Translations under genes and position numbers: made by a program
Part shown: in pieces, positions 58,194 to 64,000 of the stretch
How the letters are laid out: each line of letters begins with the position of its first letter
Position numbering within the stretch: the stretch's first letter is position 1
The notes under the pieces: model-generated
Databases searched by the model: none
Told to the model about the DNA's origin: nothing
What the model saw: only the letters and a program-made list of their open reading frames with translations
NCBI RefSeq assembly: GCF_025353065.1
Contig: NZ_JANXRJ010000031.1
Span: 18,938-82,937 of the forward strand
Reading direction: 5' to 3'
Origin: Lapillicoccus sp.
Lineage (GTDB): Bacteria > Actinomycetota > Actinomycetes > Actinomycetales > Dermatophilaceae
DNA: 64,000 bases

Positions 58194-58450
58194 ATGTGCC
58201 TCGGCGTACCCGGACGCATCACCGACCGATGGCAGCAGGAGGACGGCGCCGTGCTCGCGCACGCCGACTTCGTCGTGAGATCCGCGTCATCCGGCTCACC
58301 TACCTACCCGACCTGGAGGTCGGCGACTGGACGATCGTCCACGCCGGGTTCGCCCTGACGAAGCTCGACGCCCAGGAGGCCGGCGAGACCCTCGCCCTGC
58401 TGCGCGACGTCGGGCTGCTCCCTGCCCCGGCCGAGCCCGCCACCACCTGA
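58194..58450 (+). pseudogene. hypC: HypC/HupF-family paralogue, frame broken near 58271
   Basis: MCLGVPGRITDRW..AHADF is in one frame. REIRVIRLTYLPDLEVGDWTIVHAGFALTKLD is in the frame of ORF 58118..58450. Confidence 0.65.
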
Positions 58451-58511
58451 GAACCCACCGTCCGAGAGAACCCTCCCCGAGAGCCCTGCCCGAGAACAGA
58501 AGGAGAAGCCC

Positions 58512-58796
58512 ATGTGCCTGGCCGTCCCGGGACGAGTCCTGTCCGTCGAGGAGAAGGACGGTACGACGATGGCGCAGGTCGACTTCGGGGGGCTGCGCAA
58601 GGAGGTCTGCCTCGCCTACGTCCCCGACGCGAAGATCGGCGAATACGTCATCGTCCACGTCGGTTTCGCGATCCAGCGGCTCGACGAGCGCTCCGCCCAG
58701 GAGACGCTCGCCACCTTCGAACGGCTCGGCATCCTCGAGGAGGAGTTCGGCGACGGGTTCGCCCGGGCGGCCCGGCAGACGGGAGCACCGGCATGA
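58512..58796 (+). CDS. hypC: hydrogenase assembly chaperone HypC
   Basis: [26 protein letters not shown]. Confidence 0.85.
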   Translation: MCLAVPGRVLSVEEKDGTTMAQVDFGGLRKEVCLAYVPDAKIGEYVIVHVGFAIQRLDERSAQETLATFERLGILEEEFGDGFARAARQTGAPA

Positions 58797-59893
58797 AGTA
58801 CCTCGACGAGTTCAGCAACCCCGACCTCGCTCGCAGGCTGCTCGACCAGATCCACGCGGTCACCACCCGGCCGTGGGCGTTGATGGAGGTCTGCGGCGGC
58901 CAGACCCACTCGATCATCCGCCACGGCATCGACCAGCTCCTCCCCGAGGGGATCGAGATGATCCACGGCCCCGGCTGCCCCGTCTGCGTCACCCCGCTGG
59001 AGATCATCGACAAGGCCTTGGCGATCGCCGAGCAGCCGGGCGCCATCTTCTGCTCCTTCGGCGACATGCTCCGGGTGCCCGGCAGCGGCCAGGACCTGTT
59101 CTCCATCAAGAGCGCCGGCGGCGACGTCCGCGTCGTCTACTCCCCTCTCGACGCCCTCAAGCTCGCTCGCGACAACCCCGACCGGCAGGTGGTCTTCTTC
59201 GGCATCGGCTTCGAGACGACGGCGCCCGCCAACGCGATGACGGTCTACCAGGCTCGCCGCCTCGGCATCCACAACTTCTCGCTGCTCGTCTCCCACGTGC
59301 TCGTCCCTCCGGCGATGGCCGCGATCATGGAGTCGCCGAGCTGCCGGGTGCAGGGCTTTCTCGCCGCTGGGCACGTGTGCAGCGTGATGGGCACGTCGGA
59401 GTATCCGCCGCTGGCCGAGAGGTACCGCGTGCCCATCGTCGTCACCGGTTTCGAGCCGCTCGACATCCTCGAGGGGATCCGGCTGACCGTGACCCAGCTC
59501 GAGCAGGGGCGCCACGAGGTCGAGAACGCCTACTCGCGTGCCGTCACCGCCGAGGGCAACCTCCCGGCGATGGCGATGCTCCGGGACGTCTTCGAGGTCA
59601 CCGACCGGACCTGGCGAGGCATCGGCATGATCCCGCAGAGCGGGTGGAAGCTTTCCGAGCGGTATGCCGACTTCGACGCCGAGAGCAGGTTCTCCGTCAC
59701 CGATATCCATACCGAGGAGTCCTCGCTGTGCCGGGCGGGTGAGGTCCTGCAGGGTCTCATCAAGCCGCACGAGTGCGCCGCCTTCGGCAAGGACTGCACG
59801 CCGCGCAACCCGCTCGGCGCGACGATGGTGTCGTCGGAGGGCGCGTGCGCGGCCTACTTCACCTACCGCCGCCTCGAGCTGGTCCAGAGCTGA
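58793..59893 (+). CDS. hypD: hydrogenase formation protein HypD
   Basis: [27 protein letters not shown] motifs; ATGA overlap with hypC. Confidence 0.92.
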   Translation: MKYLDEFSNPDLARRLLDQIHAVTTRPWALMEVCGGQTHSIIRHGIDQLLPEGIEMIHGPGCPVCVTPLEIIDKALAIAEQPGAIFCSFGDMLRVPGSGQDLFSIKSAGGDVRVVYSPLDALKLARDNPDRQVVFFGIGFETTAPANAMTVYQARRLGIHNFSLLVSHVLVPPAMAAIMESPSCRVQGFLAAGHVCSVMGTSEYPPLAERYRVPIVVTGFEPLDILEGIRLTVTQLEQGRHEVENAYSRAVTAEGNLPAMAMLRDVFEVTDRTWRGIGMIPQSGWKLSERYADFDAESRFSVTDIHTEESSLCRAGEVLQGLIKPHECAAFGKDCTPRNPLGATMVSSEGACAAYFTYRRLELVQS

Positions 59894-60883
59894 TGGGCGA
59901 GCGGACAGGCGGGCCGAACGGCATACGGGACATCGGGGCCCACGTGCTCGACGTCGAGGGCTGGACGTGCCCGCTCCCCCTGCGGGACACCCCGACGATC
60001 GTCATGGGCCACGGCGGCGGCGGCGCGATGTCGTCCGAGCTGATCGAGCAGCTCTTCCTGCCGGCCTTCGGCGGAGCCGCCCGACCTCGCCGTCAACGGC
60101 ACCGTCAACGACCTCGCGATGGCGGGCGCGACCCCCCTCTACCTCTCGACGGCGTTCATCCTCGCCGAGGGCACGGCCCTGACCGACATCGCCCGCGTCG
60201 CGATAGCCATCGGCAAGGCCGCCGAGGTCGCGGGCGTGCAGCTCGTCACCGGCGACACCAAGGTCGTCGACAGTGGCAGCGGCGACGGCATCTACATCAA
60301 CACAGCGGGGATCGGCGTGATCCCCGACGGGATAGACATCGGGCCGACCCGCGCCCGGATCGGTGACGCCGTCCTCATCAGCGGCGACATCGGGGTCCAC
60401 GGCATCGCCGTGATGAGCTGCCGCGAGGGCATCGAGTTCGGCACGAGCATCGAGAGCGACACCGCGCCGCTGCACTCCCTGGTGGCCGACATCCTCGCGA
60501 CCGGCGCCGACATCAAGGTCCTCCGGGACCCCACCCGGGGAGGGGTGTCGGCGACGCTCAACGAGATCGCCAAGGCGTCGGGGGTCGGCATCGAGGTGGT
60601 CGAGCGCGACTTCCCGATCCCGCCCGAGGTGCGGGACGCCTGCGGGCTGCTCGGGCTCGACCCGCTTCAGGTGGCCAACGAGGGCAAGCTCGTCGCCATC
60701 GTGCCGGCCGACCGCGCCGACGAGGTGCTCGCGGCCATGCGTTCGCACCCGCTCGGGGTCCGGGCCTGCCGCATCGGCACCTGCGTGCCGGAGCATCCGC
60801 GGATGGTCGTCGCTCGCACCGGGCTCGGCGGCACCCGCGTCATCGACCTGCCCATCGGCGAGCAGCTGCCGCGGATCTGCTGA
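59893..60883 (+). pseudogene. hypE: HypE with an internal out-of-frame deletion of ~40 codons near 60072-60084
   Basis: N-terminus (..MGHGGGGAMSSELIEQLFLPAFGG) jumps directly, in another frame, to DLAVNGTVNDLAMAGATPLYLS. The conserved AF(S/T)TDS..FFPGG segment is absent. The C-terminus is intact to PRIC. Confidence 0.8.
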
Positions 60884-60903
60884 GATACGGATCTGCTGAG
60901 ATG
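60872..60903. repeat. 16-bp tandem duplication (cggatctgctgagatN x2) spanning the hypE stop and supplying the next gene's ATG
   Basis: Read directly. Confidence 0.9.
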
Positions 60904-61637
60904 TCGGACGAGGGCGCACGGACGTTCGCGCGCTACGCCTACCCGCCCAACGAGCTGGGCTACTGCGGCCCGGTCGGTGCCCGCGCGATGCTGGCGGGGG
61001 TGGTCACCGAGATCGAGCGGCGGGCCCGGCAGTTCGAGGGTGCCTGGGTCTATCTCGAGTTCCTGGCCGAGGCGCTGGGGACGTCGGACCCCCTGGCGCG
61101 CGACGTGGTCGAGAGCTACTGGCTCGGGTCGGACCGGCTCGAGCAGATCCCCCCTTCCGACCTCGTCCGACGGCTCGAGGAGCGGTTCGCGGACCAGGTC
61201 GGCGGCACCTGGCGCGACTCCGCCGGCCGGGCGCGCGCCCGCCACAGCTACCAGGTCTTCGAGGTCTACCCCTGGGCAGCGATGCTCCGTGCCGGTCTGC
61301 CTCCCGGGCCGGCGGTGCACGTTCTCGACCGCTGCCGGATCCGCACCGGGGTGGTGACCCGCGTCGAGGGCGAGCACGTGGGCGTCACCTCGAGCGCCCT
61401 GGCGTGGGACGGCCAGCGGCTCGCCCCCGTCCCCGTGACCGAGCGGGCCAGGTGGGCCGACGACGGCCGAACCCTCCTTGTCGCCCCGCCGTCGGCGATG
61501 TCGTGGCACTGCACTGGGACTGGGTGTGCGACGTCCTCACCGCCGACCAGGTCGCCCGCCTCCACCGGCTCGAGGATGAGCAGCGGGAGGCCGTCGGGCT
61601 CGGCGGCGAGGCGACCGGGGTCCGGACCGGGTCGTGA
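60901..61637 (+). pseudogene. conserved hyp-associated hypothetical (possibly DUF6390-like), frame broken at the C4 run 61484-61487
   Basis: N-part is in the frame of ORF 60901. The C-part (AVGDVVALHWDWVCDVLTADQVARLHRLEDEQ) is in the frame of ORF 61404..61637. Confidence 0.5.
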
Positions 61638-61649
61638 CAAAGTGGGGCC

Positions 61650-62714
61650 ATGCGGTCCCACTGCGCCATCTACGTCGACGTCGGATACCTCCTCGCGTCG
61701 GCCGCCACCCGCGTCACCGGGACCTCGCTGCGCAGCGCGGTCGTCATCTCCTACCCCGACCTCGTCACCCGGCTGATCGCCCAGGCCGAGACCCTGAGCG
61801 GCCTGCCCGCCCTGCGCGTCCACTGGTACGACGCCGGCACGCGCGGCTCCGGCGGACCGAGCCAGGAGCAGAACGCCATCGGGATGCTCCCGCGCGTCAA
61901 GCTGCGGCTCGGCCGCACCTCACCCAACGGCGAGCAGAAGGGCGTGGACCTGCGGATCGGCCTCGACCTCGCCTCCCACGGCCGCGGACGGGTCGTCGAC
62001 GTCATCTACCTCGTGTCGGGCGACGACGACCTCACCGAGGCCGTCGAGGAGGCACAGAGCCACGGGGTGCAGGTCGTCGTCCTCGCCGTGCCCGACGCCA
62101 ACGGCAGGCCCTACGCCGTGTCGAGCCACCTCATCCGCGAGTCCGACGGCATCGTCACGATCGACTCCACGATCATCGATGAGACGGTGCACGTCCGACA
62201 GCGGGCCGAGGAGCCCCTCCCCGCAACGGTTCCCGTCTCAGTGGCAGCCGGTGAGCAGCAGCCCGACGCCGGTCCCGTCCTGGCCCGACCGGACGTCCCG
62301 ACGCCCGCCGACCTCGCCCGTCCCAAGCCCCGCGTCCCGGCCCTCGCGTCGCACCACCCGGTCATGCCCGCGGCGCCCGCACCCTCCGGACCGGCCGCCG
62401 GTCGGACCCTCGTCTACTCCAGCTCCAGCGGCGGCGACTCGGGCTACCGGACCGGGCTGACCGCGGCCGAGCGCGACCTCATCGACGAGGTCTGCCACGG
62501 CGTCGTCGCGACGTGGGCCGCGACCGCGACCGCGGCCGACCGCGCAGGCCTGCTCAGCGAGAAGCCCTACATCCCGAGCGATCTCGACCGGACGCTGCTG
62601 ACCGACCTCTCGGCCCGGCTCGGCGTCTACGACATCAACGACGAGGCGCGCGGTGACCTGCGGGAGAGCTTCTGGGACGCCGTCGCGGAGGCCTTTCCCC
62701 GCGGTCATGCCTGA
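61650..62714 (+). CDS. NYN (LabA/DUF88-like) domain protein with a long Pro-rich linker and a C-terminal domain
   Basis: [35 protein letters not shown] nuclease-fold motifs. Confidence 0.8.
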   Translation: MRSHCAIYVDVGYLLASAATRVTGTSLRSAVVISYPDLVTRLIAQAETLSGLPALRVHWYDAGTRGSGGPSQEQNAIGMLPRVKLRLGRTSPNGEQKGVDLRIGLDLASHGRGRVVDVIYLVSGDDDLTEAVEEAQSHGVQVVVLAVPDANGRPYAVSSHLIRESDGIVTIDSTIIDETVHVRQRAEEPLPATVPVSVAAGEQQPDAGPVLARPDVPTPADLARPKPRVPALASHHPVMPAAPAPSGPAAGRTLVYSSSSGGDSGYRTGLTAAERDLIDEVCHGVVATWAATATAADRAGLLSEKPYIPSDLDRTLLTDLSARLGVYDINDEARGDLRESFWDAVAEAFPRGHA

Positions 62715-62764
62715 CCGGTGGCCTCCGACCGCCATCCGACCGGGCTGACGCTAGGCTCCGAGCC

Positions 62765-64000
62765 ATGCCGCAGATCTCCAAGGTGCTGATCGCCAACCGG
62801 GGCGAGATCGCCGTCCGTGTCGCCCGCGCGTGCAAGGACGCGGGCTATGCCTCCGTCGCCGTCTACGCCGACCCCGACCGCGACGCCCTCCACGTCCGGG
62901 TCGCCGACGAGGCCTACGCCCTCGGCGGCTCGACCCCCGGCGAGAGCTACCTCGTCCAGGACAAGATCCTCGAGATCGCCAAGCAGTCCGGCGCCGACGC
63001 GGTCCACCCCGGCTACGGCTTCCTCAGCGAGAACGCCGGCTTCGCCCAGGCCGTGCTGGACGCCGGGCTGATCTGGATCGGCCCGGGCCCGCAGGCCATC
63101 GACTCGCTGGGCGACAAGGTCAAGGCCCGGCACATCGCGACGAAGGCCGGTGCGCCGCTCGTGCCCGGCACGAAGGACCCGGTCGAGGGTCCCGACGAGG
63201 TCGTCGCCTTCGCGAAGGAGCACGGCCTCCCCGTCGCCATCAAGGCGGCATACGGCGGGGGCGGTCGCGGCCTCAAGGTCGCCCGGACGATCGAGGAGAT
63301 CCCCGACCTCTACGAGTCCGCCGTCCGCGAGGCGGTCACGGCCTTCGGTCGCGGCGAGTGCTTCGTCGAGCGCTTCCTCGACCACCCGCGCCACGTCGAG
63401 ACCCAGTGTCTCGCCGACATTCACGGCACCGTCGTCGTCGTCTCGACGCGCGACTGCTCGCTGCAGCGGCGCAACCAGAAGCTCGTCGAGGAGGCCCCCG
63501 CGCCCTTCCTCACCGACCACCAGCACGCCGAGCTCGTCCGCGCCTCGAAGGCGATCCTCTCCGAAGCGGGCTACACCGGCGCGGGGACGTGCGAGTTCCT
63601 CGTCGGACCTGACGGTGTCATCTCGTTCCTCGAGGTCAACACCCGCCTCCAGGTCGAGCACCCGGTCTCCGAAGAGGTCACGGGAATCGACCTCGTCCGC
63701 CAGCAGTTCCGGATCGCCAACGGCGAGGCCCTCGGCTTCGACGACCCCGAGCCGCACGCCCACTCGATCGAGTTCCGCATCAACGGCGAGGACGCTGGGC
63801 GCGGCTTCCTGCCCGCGCCGGGCACCGTGGTGCGCTACCTCCAGCCCTCGGGTCCCGGCGTGCGGGTCGACTCCGGCGTGGTCGAGGGCGATGTGATCGG
63901 CGGGGCGTTCGACTCGATGCTCGCCAAGCTGATCGTCACCGGACGCACCCGGCAGGAGGCCCTCGAGCGCGCCCGCCGCGCCCTCGACGAGTTCGTCGTC
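62765..64000 (+). CDS. accA3: acetyl/propionyl-CoA carboxylase alpha subunit (biotin carboxylase domain), 3' end outside the window
   Basis: [44 protein letters not shown]; open to the window end. Confidence 0.92.
   Translation, partial: MPQISKVLIANRGEIAVRVARACKDAGYASVAVYADPDRDALHVRVADEAYALGGSTPGESYLVQDKILEIAKQSGADAVHPGYGFLSENAGFAQAVLDAGLIWIGPGPQAIDSLGDKVKARHIATKAGAPLVPGTKDPVEGPDEVVAFAKEHGLPVAIKAAYGGGGRGLKVARTIEEIPDLYESAVREAVTAFGRGECFVERFLDHPRHVETQCLADIHGTVVVVSTRDCSLQRRNQKLVEEAPAPFLTDHQHAELVRASKAILSEAGYTGAGTCEFLVGPDGVISFLEVNTRLQVEHPVSEEVTGIDLVRQQFRIANGEALGFDDPEPHAHSIEFRINGEDAGRGFLPAPGTVVRYLQPSGPGVRVDSGVVEGDVIGGAFDSMLAKLIVTGRTRQEALERARRALDEFVV

Noticed and set aside
593-63253. The octamer as a simple codon-usage by-product of Tyr-Ala dipeptides
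   Set aside because: It also occurs in intergenic DNA and in other frames (Gly-Met-Pro, Gly-Ile, His-Thr, Ala-Tyr on the opposite orientation). It requires the otherwise rare TAT, GCA and ATA codons. Tyr-Ala after a C-ending codon uses TAC instead.
1-64000. tRNA, rRNA, riboswitch or other structured RNA genes in intergenic gaps
   Set aside because: The gaps at 15220-15374, 18581-18716, 31521-31700, 37039-37148 and 44155-44329 were read by eye. None showed a cloverleaf-like or known riboswitch core sequence. A covariance-model scan would be needed to be sure.

Overview
High-GC (about 70% or more) actinobacterial chromosome segment, densely coding on both strands. I call 63 protein-coding loci. 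Several carry frame disruptions. I found no rRNA, tRNA, CRISPR array, transposase or integrase. The gene order follows the conserved actinobacterial backbone fadE25 - purE - purK - GtrA - birA - accD5 - accE5 - maf - sseA - sufE-like - accA3, recalled from Mycobacterium tuberculosis Rv3274c-Rv3285. Accessory blocks interrupt it: (a) a cell-envelope locus at the left end (DUF3105, MprF-like membrane protein, repeat-riddled giant ORF, TIGR03089-like, scoAB, LCP); (b) an IclR-controlled monooxygenase/hydrolase cluster ending in a DUF222-HNH gene (8.1-15.2 kb); (c) SDR/F420-LLM/acetyltransferase; (d) a two-component system plus enoyl-CoA hydratase plus adenylate cyclase; (e) TldD/PmbA, TPR, MaoC, DUF885, and a Na+/H+ antiporter fused to a UBP zinc finger; (f) a liu-like cluster (MerR, acyl-CoA dehydrogenase, carboxyltransferase); (g) a ~17-kb block (45.7-62.7 kb) with a siderophore-interacting protein, a PhyH-unknown-TDO operon, an aldo/keto reductase, TetR plus a CoxSML-type molybdoenzyme, an orphan and partly broken hyp (hydrogenase maturation) cluster, and a NYN protein. 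Most unusual observations: (1) an Hcp1-type (type VI secretion tube) homologue in this monoderm genome. It has no other T6SS genes nearby and is translationally coupled to a Tat-signal beta-barrel-like protein (43.1-44.2 kb). (2) The octamer CGGCATAC/GTATGCCG occurs about 54 times in 64 kb (about 2 expected from base composition). It occurs in several reading frames and in intergenic DNA, while CGGCGTAC is almost absent. This is either a real genomic signature or the footprint of a methylated motif, mutational or base-calling. (3) The hyp cluster lacks hydrogenase structural genes and carries a ~40-codon hypE deletion plus several frameshifts. (4) About six single-base frame disruptions all sit in short G/C runs in accessory genes, so sequencing error must be excluded. 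(5) There are two copies of a ~45-bp palindromic REP-like element and several perfect micro-duplications (23, 16 and 14 bp). All homology calls come from motif recognition by eye and memory. No searches or computations beyond hand counting were run.
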